A stretch of 48,762 nt of DNA from Bacteroidota bacterium (GCA_039027055.1 JBCCLD010000002.1:1-48762), one strand, 5' to 3'. Counted from the stretch's first letter, positions 18,464 to 28,384 are shown. Notes: generated by a model from the letters alone, not told the origin. Numbers and translations: made by a program.

Positions 18464-20437
18464 CCGCTCCTCTTGCGACACACCGCTCGTCAAGAAACGC
18501 TGCCCGCGTTCCGTCACCTCGACGCGCTCGGCGAGCGGGCCTATTGCCCGGAGGTGCCCCTCGGCAAAGAGCCACGCGGCCAGGTCCTGCGTGCGGCGCC
18601 CTGCGGCGGGCAGCGTACCGGTGAGCGCCACCTCGTCGAGGAGCGCGCGGAGGACAGGCTCGTCCGCCGGCGTGACCGTGGCGGGACGATGGCGGCCCAG
18701 GCACACGTCGCATCGGCCACACCGCGTCGGCGCGTCCTCGCCGAAGTAGCCGAGGAGGAAGCGGCGGCGGCACGTCGCGGCCTGGGCGTAGCGTTCGACG
18801 TAGCCGAGCCGCTTCTGAGCGCGGGCGCGCGTGGCGTTGAGGGCGGCATGGTCGAGGGTGGCCTGCCGGGCGCGCGGGCGTAGCAAGGTGACGGCAAGCC
18901 CGGCGTCGGGGCTCAGGTAGGCGAGCAGGCCGTGCTCCTGGAGAAACTGCAGCCCCGCGTCGATGCGGGTGCGGGCGAGGCGCGTGCGACGGCTGAGCGC
19001 GCGCAGGTCGAGGTCGGTCCAGCCGGTGAAGGCGTCGGCGTGGACGGCGCGGAGGAGCACGCGCACGAAGCGCCCGAGCGCCGGGTTGGGCGACTCGGCG
19101 GCGTAGCGGCGTAGCGCCTCGGCGGGCTGCCGCATCTGCACGAAGGCGACGCTCGGCCGCGGCTTGCGTACCTCCCAGACCTCGGCCCGGGCGAGGGCCT
19201 CGACGGCGGCGCGGGCCGTGGTCCTGGGTACGCGGGCCGCGTCGGCCAGCGCGTCGAGGGCGAGGGGGACGGGGCCGTCGGGCTGGCTGCCGACAGGCAC
19301 CTGCGCGAGGCTGCACGCGGCCGCGTAGACGCGCTGCACCGTCGCGGCGTCGGGATGGCTCACGTCGGCCCGCATCGCCGCTTCGGACGCCGCGCCCGGC
19401 CCGACGAGCAGCACCGCGTGTGCCCGCTCGCCGTCGCGCCCACCGCGTCCGGCCTCCTGGTAGTACGACTCCAGCGTGGGCGTGAGCGCCGTGTGCACCA
19501 CGAAGCGCACGTCGGGCTTGTCGATCCCCATGCCGAAGGCGCTTGTGGCAGCGATGACGCGCGTCTGGCCACGGAGCCAGCGCTGCTGCACGGCGGCGCG
19601 CGTCTTGGCGTCGAGGCCCGCGTGGTAGGCTTCGGCGGCGATGCCAGCGGCGGCGAGCGCTTCGGCCCAGTGCTCGGCGCCCTTGCGCGTCCCGGCATAG
19701 ACGAGCCCCGTGCCCGGCACCCTCGCCGCGATCTCGCGAAGCTTGCCCGCTACGTCCTCCACGTGGTAGACGCTCCATAGCAGGTTCGGCCGGTCGAACC
19801 CGCGCACCTCCACCTGCGGCTCCGCGAGATGGAGCTGCGTCACGATGTCGCGGCGGACTTCCGGCGTGGCCGTGGCCGTCACGGCGAGCATCGGCACCGG
19901 CCCGGTGAGCGCGCGCACCTCGGCGATGGCGCGGTAGGCGGGGCGGAAGTCGTGCCCCCACTCCGAGATGCAATGCGCCTCGTCCACGGCAACGAGCCGG
20001 ATGGGGAGGCGCGGCGCGCGCAGCCGGAAGCGCTCGGTCTGGAGTTGCTCGGGCGCGACGTAGAGCAGCCGGTAGCGTCCAAACTGGGCGTCGATCCAGA
20101 CCTGTTCGGCCTCGCGGAAGGGCAGCGCCGAGGTGAGCGCTGCGGCAGGGATGTTGCGGCGGTTGAGCGCGTCCACCTGGTCCTGCATCAGCGCGATCAG
20201 CGGCGAGACCACGAGCGTGAGACCGCCGAGCACGACGGCCGGGACCTGGTAGCACACCGACTTGCCGCCGCCCGTCGGCAGCACCGCGAGGGCGTCGCGC
20301 CCGGCGAGCACCGCGGCGATCGTCTCCGCCTGCCCCGGCTGGAAGGCGTCGAAGCCCCAATGCGTCCGCAGCGCGTCGTGCGCGCTCGGCAGAGTAGCGG
20401 GAGCGGGCTCATTCGGCGTGGATCGAGAGCGTGGCAT
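18431..20437 (-). CDS. recQ: RecQ-family ATP-dependent DNA helicase
   Basis: WGFDAFQPGQAETIAAVLAGRDALAVLPTGGGKSVCYQVPA, DEAHCISEWGHDFRPAY, ATSAFGMGIDKPDVRFVVH, and the C-terminal Zn-binding CRRRFLLGYFGE...CGRCDVC. The start is ambiguous (20437, 20467 or 20482). Confidence 0.9.
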   Translation of the reverse strand: MPRSRSTPNEPAPATLPSAHDALRTHWGFDAFQPGQAETIAAVLAGRDALAVLPTGGGKSVCYQVPAVVLGGLTLVVSPLIALMQDQVDALNRRNIPAAALTSALPFREAEQVWIDAQFGRYRLLYVAPEQLQTERFRLRAPRLPIRLVAVDEAHCISEWGHDFRPAYRAIAEVRALTGPVPMLAVTATATPEVRRDIVTQLHLAEPQVEVRGFDRPNLLWSVYHVEDVAGKLREIAARVPGTGLVYAGTRKGAEHWAEALAAAGIAAEAYHAGLDAKTRAAVQQRWLRGQTRVIAATSAFGMGIDKPDVRFVVHTALTPTLESYYQEAGRGGRDGERAHAVLLVGPGAASEAAMRADVSHPDAATVQRVYAAACSLAQVPVGSQPDGPVPLALDALADAARVPRTTARAAVEALARAEVWEVRKPRPSVAFVQMRQPAEALRRYAAESPNPALGRFVRVLLRAVHADAFTGWTDLDLRALSRRTRLARTRIDAGLQFLQEHGLLAYLSPDAGLAVTLLRPRARQATLDHAALNATRARAQKRLGYVERYAQAATCRRRFLLGYFGEDAPTRCGRCDVCLGRHRPATVTPADEPVLRALLDEVALTGTLPAAGRRTQDLAAWLFAEGHLRAIGPLAERVEVTERGQRFLTSGVSQEERLASEELGEAE

Positions 20438-20517
20438 CTCGCAATCTACTGCCTCGCTTCTCAGCATCCTGCCCTCGCGCAACCCCAGTGACGACGGACC
20501 ATATCGTGCCCTCCACT

Positions 20518-20775
20518 CCGCTCGCCCTCACGCTCGCCCCCAACCCCCTACGCCAGACAGCCACGGCCGCTTTCGACGTGACACAGGGAGGTCCTGCCCG
20601 GCTCGACGTGTACGACCTCCTCGGATGGCGCGTGGCGGCGCAGCCCGAGCGGCTCGTCCCCGCAGGCTCGCAGCGAGTGGACTGGGACCTGAGCACACTA
20701 CCCGCAGGCATCTACGTGCTGCGCGTCACGACCAACTAGCGTAGCGAGACGCAGCGGTTCACCGTTGTCCGATAG
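20518..20775 (+). pseudogene. orphan T9SS (Por) C-terminal sorting-domain relic with an internal TAG
   Basis: LALTLAPNPLRQTATAAFDVTQGGPARLDVYDLLGWRVA...LPAGIYVLRVTTN*RSETQRFTVVR*. The CTD consensus continues in frame across the TAG at 20737-20739 to a second stop at 20773-20775. There is no cargo domain upstream, because the recQ start lies there on the other strand. Confidence 0.6.
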
Positions 20776-20787
20776 AATCGCTGCTCG

Positions 20788-21939
20788 CTAGAATCGTCCC
20801 GGCGCGAACGGCGCGAGCACCTCGGACTCCGCCGCATCGCCTGCGAGCCGTGCGGTCACGAGTGCGGCGATCTCGTCGGCGGTGACGGGCGTGAGCAGGA
20901 TGCCGTGGCGATAGTGCCCGGTCGCTGCGACGACGCCGGGGGCAAGGTCGCCGAGCAGCGGCGCGTGGTCGCGGCTCGCCGGGCGCAGGCCCGCCCACGT
21001 CTCGATCACGTCGAGGTCTTCGATGCCAGGGCAGGCCTCCCATGCGCCTTCGAGGAGGCGATACAGGCCGCCTGCTGTCACGCGCGTGTCGAAGCTCTGC
21101 TCCTCGCTCGTGGCCCCGATCACGAGGCGGCCGTCGGACTTGGGGACGAGGTAGGCGTGCGGCGCGCGGACGACGTGGCGCAGCCCGAACGGCGGCCCGG
21201 CCACGGGCGCGTCCATGCGCAGGCTCAGCATCTGCCCCTTCACCGGCCGGATCGGCACCTCGGCAGGCGCGAGGCCGTCCACGCTGCGGCTCCACGCCCC
21301 AGCGGCAAGCACCACCTGCCGGGCCGCGCGCTCCGTGCCGTCGTCCAGCACCACGCGCGGCTGCGCTTCGTCCGGGACGATGGCGCGCACCCCGACGCCC
21401 TCGTGCAGGGCGATGCCCTCGTGCTGCTCGACCGCCGCCCTCAGCGCACCGACGAGGCGGCGGTTGTCGACCTGGTGATCGCCCGGGGCGTGGACGGCCG
21501 CCGCGATGCGGGGCGAGAGGAACGGTTCGAGCTCGAGCGCGGCGTCGCGGGAGAGCCAGCGCACGTCGGCCCCGTGCGCCTGCTGGAAGCGGAAGCTGCG
21601 CCGGAGCGCCGCCGCGTCGTCGCGGTCGGGCGCGACGACGAGCGTGCCGTCCGCGCGGTAATCGACGGCCTGCCCCGTTGCGGCTTCGAGGTCGCGGGCG
21701 AACGTCGGCCAGCGGCGGAGGCTCTCGCGGCTGAGCGCGTAGAGGTCGAGTTCCTCGAAGCCGAGCTCGGCGACGGGCGCGAGCATGCCTGCCGCCGCCC
21801 ACGACGCGCCGCGTCCCGCTTCGTCCTTTTCCAACACAGCCACGCGCATGCCGCGCTGCCCGAGCCGCCACGCCACGCCCATGCCCACCACGCCGCCACC
21901 GACGACGAGCACGTCGCGCGAAGAATCTAGAGGCACCAT
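20788..21939 (-). CDS. thiO: FAD-dependent oxidoreductase, glycine oxidase ThiO / DAO family
   Basis: DVLVVGGGVVGMGVAWRLGQRGMRVAVLEK is the dinucleotide-binding motif. GASWAAAGMLAP and the C-terminal GHYRHGILLTP are typical of ThiO/DAO. The ThiO versus generic DAO assignment is uncertain. Confidence 0.75.
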   Translation of the reverse strand: MVPLDSSRDVLVVGGGVVGMGVAWRLGQRGMRVAVLEKDEAGRGASWAAAGMLAPVAELGFEELDLYALSRESLRRWPTFARDLEAATGQAVDYRADGTLVVAPDRDDAAALRRSFRFQQAHGADVRWLSRDAALELEPFLSPRIAAAVHAPGDHQVDNRRLVGALRAAVEQHEGIALHEGVGVRAIVPDEAQPRVVLDDGTERAARQVVLAAGAWSRSVDGLAPAEVPIRPVKGQMLSLRMDAPVAGPPFGLRHVVRAPHAYLVPKSDGRLVIGATSEEQSFDTRVTAGGLYRLLEGAWEACPGIEDLDVIETWAGLRPASRDHAPLLGDLAPGVVAATGHYRHGILLTPVTADEIAALVTARLAGDAAESEVLAPFAPGRF

Positions 21940-22055
21940 GGAACCGAAGACGAAAGGTGGACGGTCGAAGAAACAAACGGATCACCTCACCGGCGTCAAG
22001 CGAAATTGCCACGTGCTGCTGCGATACAGCACGGCTGGTAGACTCGGCGCCACAC

Positions 22056-22096
22056 CACGTGGTTCGTGTTGCGTATCGGATCGAGCCAGCGAGGCC
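22056..22096 (+). repeat. repeat family 2 copy
   Basis: cacgtggttcgtgttgcgtatcggatcgagccagcgaggcc. Compare gagttgcgtatcaaatcgaggcc at 9866-9888. Confidence 0.6.
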
Positions 22097-22183
22097 TGCC
22101 TCAGCGGAGGGTGCACACGCGATACGTAGCACGTTCGAGAACCCTGTCGGTCATTCTGTGCACCCACGCCCCCCTTCCTTGCC

Positions 22184-23125
22184 ATGACGGACCTGCTTCA
22201 ACCTAGAACCGCCCCGGAAGCCATCGCTGACGGCCTTCAGTGGGTCGAGGGGCCCGTGTGGGTCGCGAGGCTGGGCAGCCTACTCGTCTCCGACGTGAAG
22301 GGCAACACGATGTGGCAGATCACGCAGGACGATGGCGGTACGTGGACGAAGCAGGTGTTCTTGCGCCCGAGCGGCCACAGTGGCCCCGAGCCCCCCGGCA
22401 TCGAGCACGGCTCCAACGGACTCACGCTCGACGCGGAGGCGCGCGTGGTCCTCTGCTCCCACGGCGAGCGCGGCGTCTTCTGGCTCGACGAGGGCCGCTG
22501 GCTCAAGCATCCGCTCGCGACGCACGCCGTAGAAGACGGCCAGACAAAGCGCCTCAACAGTCCCAACGACGTCACGTGCCACCCGACGACGGGCGCGCTC
22601 TACTTCACCGATCCGCCCTACGGCTTGGACGACCCCAGCCTCCGCGAACTCGACCGCGCCGCCGTCTACCGCATCGACCCGGAGGACGAGACCCTGACCG
22701 TCGCGACGCAGGCGCTCTACCGCCCCAACGGAGTCGGCTTCACGCCGGACGGGCAGACGGCACTCGTGGCGTGCTCGGACGACCACTGCCCAGGCTGGTG
22801 GGCCTTCCCCGTACAGGACGATGGCACCTTCGGCGCGGGCACGCTCTTCCACGACGCCGCACCCTACCTCGCCCCACCGCAATCCACCGAGCGCGCCACG
22901 CAGGCGATGCCCGACGGCTTCACGTTCGACGACGCAGGACAGGTATGGTCGGCCGGACCGCTCGGCCTGCACGTCTTCGCGCCGGACGGGACGGCACTCG
23001 GCACGATGGACTTCGGGCGCAAGGTGTCCAACTGTGCCTTCGGCGAGGACGGCCACAGCCTGTTCGTGACCGCGACCGATCACGTCTACCGCCTCCGCAC
23101 CGTCACGGCAGGTCCGGTTGGCTAG
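22184..23125 (+). CDS. SMP-30/gluconolactonase/LRE family protein
   Basis: VEGPVW, SNGLTLD, LNSPNDV, YFTDPPYG, YRPNGVGFTPDG, MPDGFTFDDAGQVW and SNCAFGEDG are the six-bladed propeller lactonase motifs. Confidence 0.85.
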   Translation: MTDLLQPRTAPEAIADGLQWVEGPVWVARLGSLLVSDVKGNTMWQITQDDGGTWTKQVFLRPSGHSGPEPPGIEHGSNGLTLDAEARVVLCSHGERGVFWLDEGRWLKHPLATHAVEDGQTKRLNSPNDVTCHPTTGALYFTDPPYGLDDPSLRELDRAAVYRIDPEDETLTVATQALYRPNGVGFTPDGQTALVACSDDHCPGWWAFPVQDDGTFGAGTLFHDAAPYLAPPQSTERATQAMPDGFTFDDAGQVWSAGPLGLHVFAPDGTALGTMDFGRKVSNCAFGEDGHSLFVTATDHVYRLRTVTAGPVG

Positions 23126-23309
23126 GGCGTGCGGACACTCATCGGGTCGGGTGCTCACGAGACACCGTTTGCGTCTGCACAAGGCGTAGGAGAGCCTGCC
23201 CCGGACCTGGATGCGGGGAGTGCGATCCCGCAGGACCGGACGACGAGTGGAACGCAGCGGAGGCCGAACGGAAGCCGTGAGCGCCGATCAGACCGAATGG
23301 CCACACGCC

Positions 23310-25475
23310 TTAGCCTGCCAGCGCTGCACCGACGGTGAGCACCACCTCCATGTCGTCGAGGGGCTTACGGAGCACGGCGTCGAAGCCGACATCCGCTGCG
23401 TTGAAGCCAGCCTCAGCGAGCGCGATGGTGTAGGCCTCGGCAGTCCCGGCGCAGGCACGCAGTTGAGCCAGCAGCGCTTGCGGGGTGCATTCCTCGCCCA
23501 GCGTGGGGTCGAGCAGCAGTAGGTCGAAGGGGCGCTCCTCGGCGCGCTCGAGCGCGTCGGCGAGGGTGGTTGCGGTGTGGACCTCGCAGATGCCCATCAG
23601 GTAGGCTCCGACGAGGGAGCACACGGTTTCGGCGGCGTCCACCACGAGCACGCTCGTCGGCTGCGCGAGTGGTCCTGGGGGGGGGTGGGCAGGGGATGCT
23701 GCCATCGGCGGCTCGCGGTGCGGCGTAGCCTCGGACCGACTCGGGCCGCTCGGCGCGGACGGCTTCGCCGCAACCGGGCTGCCATCGCCGCGGCCTGGGA
23801 ACGCCCCGGCTAGCTTGTCCAGCGCCTCGTCGGCCACGAAGAAGACCTCCGCGCTCCCCCCCGGGGGCACGGGCACTTCGGCGTCGGGAAGCCAGATGCA
23901 GGGTAGCATCACCGTGAAGGTGCTGCCCCCGCCGACGCGGCTCTCCGCCTCGATGGTGCCACCGACGAGGGCCGTGAGGCGCTGGGCGATCGTCAGACCG
24001 ATACCCACGCCGTCGTGCGAGCGAGCCCATCCGTCTGACTCCTGTTCGAAGGCGTTGAAGACGTGCGGCAGGAAGTCCGGGTCGATGCCGCGGCCGGTGT
24101 CGGCCACGCGCAGCCGCAGCGCATCGTCGAGCGCCTCCAGCGTCACGGCAACGTGTCCGTCCTCGGTGAACTTGAGCGCGTTCGTGACAAGGTGCGTGGC
24201 GATGCGGCGTAGCACCGAGGCCTGCCCTTCAGCCACCTGGGCCGGGATCGGCACCGCCAGTTCCAGGGCGAGCGCGCGCTCCTCCGCGACATTGCGCACC
24301 TCGTCCACGACGGACTGGAGCAAGTGCCCTGGGACAAAGCGCTCGGGCTGCGTCGGCATCTCGCCCGCGTCGATGCGCGCCAAGTCGAGGACGGAGTCGA
24401 GGGTAGTCTTGAGGCGTAGGCTGTTCTGGTGGATCAGGTCAAGGGGCTGCCGGAGGTCGGACGGGGCCTCGTGGCGTAGCCACTCGGCGCTGCCGAGCAG
24501 GCCGGTGAGCGGCGTGCGTAGCTCGTGGTTGATGTTGGCAAGAAAGGCCCGGATGAGGTTGGCCGCGGCCTCGGCCTTGTCACGTGCCTGCCGCAGCGCA
24601 TCCTCCGCGACCTGCTGCGGTGTCACGTCGCGGATCAGCCCCAGAAAGCCGTCTGCGCCCCCATCGATCTTGACACCGACGGTCTCGCCCACGAACGTCG
24701 AACCGTCGGCGCGGCGGTAGGTCACCCGGTAGGCCGCCTCCCGCTCAGACGCCTCGGGGTGAAAGCGCAGCCGCCCCTGCAAGGCATAGTCCTCGGAATC
24801 GGCGTAGAGCCGCTCGGTAGTGTCGCCAGCGACTTCGTCCAGCGTGTAGCCAAAGATCTGCTCGAACGCGGGGTTCACCGCGACGATGCGGCGGTCCGGC
24901 GCGGCGAGGACGACCGCATCCGGCGTGGCCTCGGCGATGCGGCTCAGGCGCGCCTCGGTCTTGTAGCGGCTGGTCTCGCTCTCGAAGCGGGCCACGGGGT
25001 CGGCGAGGCTCGCAGCCAGCTCAGAGAGGAACGCGACCTGCTCGGGCCGCAGCACGCGGGGCTGGCTGTCCCATAGGCACAGCGCGCCCAGCCGCGTCAC
25101 CGCACCCGGCGCCGCCGGGTCGAGCGCGTGATGGCACACGAAGCCGGCGAAGAACCGTGCCTCGGACGGCGCTACGTCCAACCAGCGGTCGTGGGCGTGG
25201 AGGTCGCTCTGGATCTCGATGCCGTCGGTGATGTGGCCGTCGGCGTACAGCGCACGCGCGTCGGGCTTTACGTCGGCGAGCCCCCCCTCGGTCAGGTTCC
25301 AGATGCTGCGCTCGGCATCGAAGAAGACCACCTGCACGCACGGGACCTGGGTGAAGCGAGCAGCCAGCCGGGCCGTGCGGCGCAGCCCCAGGCGCGCGGT
25401 GTCACGGAGCGCCTGCAACGGTCCCGACACGGGTGCAACGTTGAGCGGCAGGGCGGAGTCGGGAGCGAGCGGCAT
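23310..25475 (-). CDS. hybrid sensor histidine kinase (GAF-like, PAS, HisKA, HATPase_c, C-terminal receiver-like domain)
   Basis: H-box NINHELRTPLTGLLG. G-boxes DTGRGIDPDF and GVGIGLTIAQRL. PAS segment IVAVNPAFEQIFGYTLDEV. Receiver-like tail VLVVDAAE...FDLLLLDPTL...LRKPL. Confidence 0.85.
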   Translation of the reverse strand: MPLAPDSALPLNVAPVSGPLQALRDTARLGLRRTARLAARFTQVPCVQVVFFDAERSIWNLTEGGLADVKPDARALYADGHITDGIEIQSDLHAHDRWLDVAPSEARFFAGFVCHHALDPAAPGAVTRLGALCLWDSQPRVLRPEQVAFLSELAASLADPVARFESETSRYKTEARLSRIAEATPDAVVLAAPDRRIVAVNPAFEQIFGYTLDEVAGDTTERLYADSEDYALQGRLRFHPEASEREAAYRVTYRRADGSTFVGETVGVKIDGGADGFLGLIRDVTPQQVAEDALRQARDKAEAAANLIRAFLANINHELRTPLTGLLGSAEWLRHEAPSDLRQPLDLIHQNSLRLKTTLDSVLDLARIDAGEMPTQPERFVPGHLLQSVVDEVRNVAEERALALELAVPIPAQVAEGQASVLRRIATHLVTNALKFTEDGHVAVTLEALDDALRLRVADTGRGIDPDFLPHVFNAFEQESDGWARSHDGVGIGLTIAQRLTALVGGTIEAESRVGGGSTFTVMLPCIWLPDAEVPVPPGGSAEVFFVADEALDKLAGAFPGRGDGSPVAAKPSAPSGPSRSEATPHREPPMAASPAHPPPGPLAQPTSVLVVDAAETVCSLVGAYLMGICEVHTATTLADALERAEERPFDLLLLDPTLGEECTPQALLAQLRACAGTAEAYTIALAEAGFNAADVGFDAVLRKPLDDMEVVLTVGAALAG

Positions 25476-25674
25476 GGCGAAACGACCCGCCGACGGGGTC
25501 GAAAGGTGAACAAACCGCGGGAGAGCCTCTCAGGTGTCGCCGCGAAACGCGACGGCACTGTGTCCGCTAACGCTCCCGCCTGTGCACCCTACCCACGGGC
25601 AAGAAGCGTACCGCCCGCTTTGCTCGGCGTCGTCCCAGCATCGGTCCTGCCCAACACGGATCCTACTTCGCCGC

Positions 25675-26082
25675 TCAGGCTCCGTCCTCATCGATGTGGA
25701 GCACGTCCGGCAGGTCGTTGCGCTGCACCTCCGGGTTGACCAAGCCGCCTGTGAGCGGCAGCACGAGCGCGGTCAGGAACGGCCCGAGCGCGCCAACCAG
25801 GAACTCCTGCTGGAATTCGAAGAAGTCGGGGTCGAAGCCCTTGGCCTCGCCCTCGTGGCCGAGCACGTCGAGGTAGTAGACGCGTGGCCAGTCGGGAAAG
25901 CGCTCCTGCGATGTCGCCAGCAGGGCAAACGCCTCCTGCGCGGCGACCTCGAACGTGTCGGCCTCCGCCACGACCTGGTAGAGCGCAACCGTGTTGTCGA
26001 AGCTGAGGTGGATGCCCGGCGCGTCGGGCTTGTTGTAGGTCGGGACGAACGGGGGTGGCTGCATGGGCGGGGGCGGCTGCAT
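25675..26082 (-). CDS. hypothetical acidic protein
   Basis: Trimmed from the 262-aa ORF-track entry, whose N-terminus is an alternate frame of the neighbouring gene. It reads MQPPPPMQPPPFVPTYNK...YYLDVLGHEGEAKGFDPDFFEFQQEFLVGALGPF. The first 12 codons arise from an 18-bp tandem duplication (26054-26089). No family recognised. Confidence 0.5.
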   Translation of the reverse strand: MQPPPPMQPPPFVPTYNKPDAPGIHLSFDNTVALYQVVAEADTFEVAAQEAFALLATSQERFPDWPRVYYLDVLGHEGEAKGFDPDFFEFQQEFLVGALGPFLTALVLPLTGGLVNPEVQRNDLPDVLHIDEDGA

Positions 26083-26137
26083 GGGCGAGGTCGGGGCAGA
26101 GGACAACTGTCGGACGCGGCGGGATCCGGCGCGCTGG

Positions 26138-27619
26138 CTAGCGGGCGAGCACCAGGCGGCGCGTAGCGCGGTCGCCCCCCACATCGAGGCGGGCGATGTA
26201 GAGCCCGGCGGGCAGCCCAGCGGCCTCGAAGCGGGCCTCGATGACCTGGCCGGGCTGCATGGCAACGTCGTCAAGGAGGGTGGCGACGGTGCGCCCGAGG
26301 AGGTCATAGACCCGGAGCGTGGCGCGGCCAGCCGTGGCCGTCTCCGCACGGAGCGTGGTGGCTCCCTGGAACGGGTTGGGCCCCTGCACGTCGAGCACCA
26401 CCGCGCGACCGGCGAGCGCGTCGTCCTCGGTGGACGTCGGGTTGCGAACGAACTGGAAGACACGTGCCCGCGACGAGCCGAACGGCGCGCTGATCACGTA
26501 GAGCTCGTTGTCGGCGTCGACGCCGAACGAGGTGGGGTTGTCCACCAAGGCGATACGTTCGTTGGCGACGTTGTCCAGGTCGCGCACGTCGAGCGCCCAG
26601 ACGTTGCCGGTCACGTAGTCGCCGTAGATGTAGCGGCCGGTGAGCCCGCTGTTCGTCACGCCGCGGTAGACGTAGCCGCCGGTGACGGAGTAGCCGGTGT
26701 CATCGCCGTGGGCGTAGACGAAGATGGGGTCGACCTGGTCGGCCACGTCGCAGTTGCGCGACGGCTCGTAGCAGGCGAAGCCCTCCTTGCGGTCCCAGCC
26801 GTAGTTGCCGCCGTTGACGATGCGGTTGATCTCCTCGAACGCGTTCTGACCCACATCGGCCGTCCAGAGGTAGTCCGTCACCGGGTCGAAGGAGAAGCGC
26901 CAGGGGTTGCGCAGCCCGTAGGCGTAGATCTCGTCGCGCTCCAGGCCATCGGTCGGGGCAAACGGGTTGTCCTCCGGAATGCCGTAGGGGGCCCCAGCGG
27001 GCACGTCGTCCACGTCGATGCGGAGGATGGAGCCGAGGAGCGTGGTTGGGTCCTCGCCGTTCTCCTCGGGGTCGCCGCCCGCGCCGCCGTCGCCGAGTGC
27101 GATGTAGAAGAGGCCATCCGGGCCGAAGGCGATCTGCCCGGCGTTGTGGTTCTGGTAGGGCTGCGAGATCGAGAGCAGGATGCGCTCGCTGTCCGGGTCA
27201 GCCACGGTCGGGTCGGTGGCCGAGCGGGCGTACTCCGCGACAATGGTGCGGATGGGCGACGGCGACGTGTAGTAGACGAAGAAGCGCCCGTTGTCGGCAT
27301 AGTCCGGGTGGAAGGCGAGGCCGAGCAGCCCGAGCTCGCCGCCCGCGAGGACGCGGCTGCGGATGTCGAGGAACGGCGCGGCGTCGCTGCCGTCGCCGGA
27401 GCGGCTGAACGCCACGATGCGTCCCGCCTGCTCGACGAGGTAGAGGCGGTCCGGGTCGGTGTTGTCGTGCTGGAGGTCGACGGCGAACCTGAACGAGGCG
27501 GCGGTGAACACCTCCTGCGTGAGATACGGGTCCTGTGCGCGCACCTGCGGCACGAGCACGGCCGGCACGACAAGGGCGAGGAGGGAGAAGACCGACAGGG
27601 TACGGAGCAAGGAACGCAT
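26138..27619 (-). CDS. PQQ-dependent sugar dehydrogenase (sorbosone/glucose dehydrogenase-B-like propeller) with a T9SS C-terminal sorting domain
   Basis: Signal peptide MRSLLRTLSVFSLLALVVPA. Motifs LLGLAFHPDYADNGRFFVYYT, NHNAGQIAFGPDGLFYIALGDGG, YAYGLRNPWRFSFDP and GGNYGW. C-terminal CTD: VLDVQGPNPFQG...LRVYDLLGRTVATL...GLYIARLDVGGDRATRRLVLAR. Confidence 0.9.
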   Translation of the reverse strand: MRSLLRTLSVFSLLALVVPAVLVPQVRAQDPYLTQEVFTAASFRFAVDLQHDNTDPDRLYLVEQAGRIVAFSRSGDGSDAAPFLDIRSRVLAGGELGLLGLAFHPDYADNGRFFVYYTSPSPIRTIVAEYARSATDPTVADPDSERILLSISQPYQNHNAGQIAFGPDGLFYIALGDGGAGGDPEENGEDPTTLLGSILRIDVDDVPAGAPYGIPEDNPFAPTDGLERDEIYAYGLRNPWRFSFDPVTDYLWTADVGQNAFEEINRIVNGGNYGWDRKEGFACYEPSRNCDVADQVDPIFVYAHGDDTGYSVTGGYVYRGVTNSGLTGRYIYGDYVTGNVWALDVRDLDNVANERIALVDNPTSFGVDADNELYVISAPFGSSRARVFQFVRNPTSTEDDALAGRAVVLDVQGPNPFQGATTLRAETATAGRATLRVYDLLGRTVATLLDDVAMQPGQVIEARFEAAGLPAGLYIARLDVGGDRATRRLVLAR

Positions 27620-27721
27620 GGGTATGGGAGCGAGGCCGGAGGACAGAGGCCGGTAAGACGTAATCGTGGGGCGGGCTGAACGTCTCGACGGGCTGCGGGT
27701 TCTACGCGCCACTGTTCGTCC

Positions 27722-28384
27722 ATGCCCAGGTCTATGCCCGCGTTTTCTTCTCTCGTTTTGGCGGTGCCTCTGGCGCTCGGTCTCGGGCTCTGCCTAGGGG
27801 CGCTCAGCGGCTGCACGGAGCCACCTGCGCCGGAGCCGCTGCCGGTCGACCAACTGCACGCCGAGTGGGACGCCACCGTCGCGCGCAAGGACAGCCTCTT
27901 CCGCTCGGCCGCCTCGCCGCTCCTCCCGGCCGACACGGCGGCCTTCAGCGGCCTCCCCCACTTCCCCTACGACTCCACGTTCGCGTTCCGCCCGCGCCTC
28001 ACGCCCACCTTCGTTGCCGACACGCTCTTGCTGACCACCTCCACGGGCACCGCGCGGCCGTTCACGCACGCGGGGCTGCTCTCGTTCAGCTACGACGGCC
28101 GCCCCTTCCAACTCACCGCCTTCGAGCCCGTGCTGGGACCGGCCGCGCTCTTCATCCCGTTTCGCGACGCCACGAGCGGGCGCACCACCTACGGGGCCGG
28201 TCGCTACCTCGAACTGCAGCCCCAGCCCGACGGGCGCTACGTGCTCGACTTCAACTTCGCCACGACGCCCTACTGCGCCTTCAACCCGAAGTACGTCTGT
28301 CCACTACCGCCCGCCGAGAACCTGCTGCCGTTCGAGGTCAACGCCGGTGAGCGCGTGGAGGGCTCCCTCGATCTGGCGGGCTAG
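27722..28384 (+). CDS. DUF1684 domain-containing lipoprotein
   Basis: Lipobox LGALSGC. FIPFRDATSGRTTYGAGRYLEL...LDFNFATTPYCAFNPKYVCPLPPAENLL is the canonical DUF1684 sequence. Confidence 0.85.
   Translation: MPRSMPAFSSLVLAVPLALGLGLCLGALSGCTEPPAPEPLPVDQLHAEWDATVARKDSLFRSAASPLLPADTAAFSGLPHFPYDSTFAFRPRLTPTFVADTLLLTTSTGTARPFTHAGLLSFSYDGRPFQLTAFEPVLGPAALFIPFRDATSGRTTYGAGRYLELQPQPDGRYVLDFNFATTPYCAFNPKYVCPLPPAENLLPFEVNAGERVEGSLDLAG

Noticed and set aside
18378-20360. 660-aa same-strand alternate-frame ORF over recQ (also 20759..22132 over the thiO-like gene and 47371..48393 over batA)
   Set aside because: The translations are extremely Arg/Pro/Ala-rich with no motifs. The overlapping frames carry unmistakable RecQ, DAO and VWA motifs.
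21940-22183. TPP riboswitch upstream of the ThiO-like gene
   Set aside because: On the minus strand, gctgagg and gatccgatacgc vaguely resemble the CTGAGA and GATCCGGATAATGC elements. The pairing ACCC/GGGGTGC and AGGGA elements are missing. The gatacgcaac part belongs to repeat family 2, which is seen elsewhere.
23310-23720. Degenerate (pseudo-)receiver domain on the hybrid kinase
   Set aside because: The phospho-acceptor Asp (LLLLD) and the conserved Lys (LRKPL) appear to be present. Only the first acidic pair is DA instead of DD. This is within normal variation.
25675-26463. 262-aa ORF overlapping the 3' end of the PQQ dehydrogenase gene
   Set aside because: The N-terminal 127 residues are an alternate frame of the T9SS CTD region. 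The plausible protein starts at ATG 26082.
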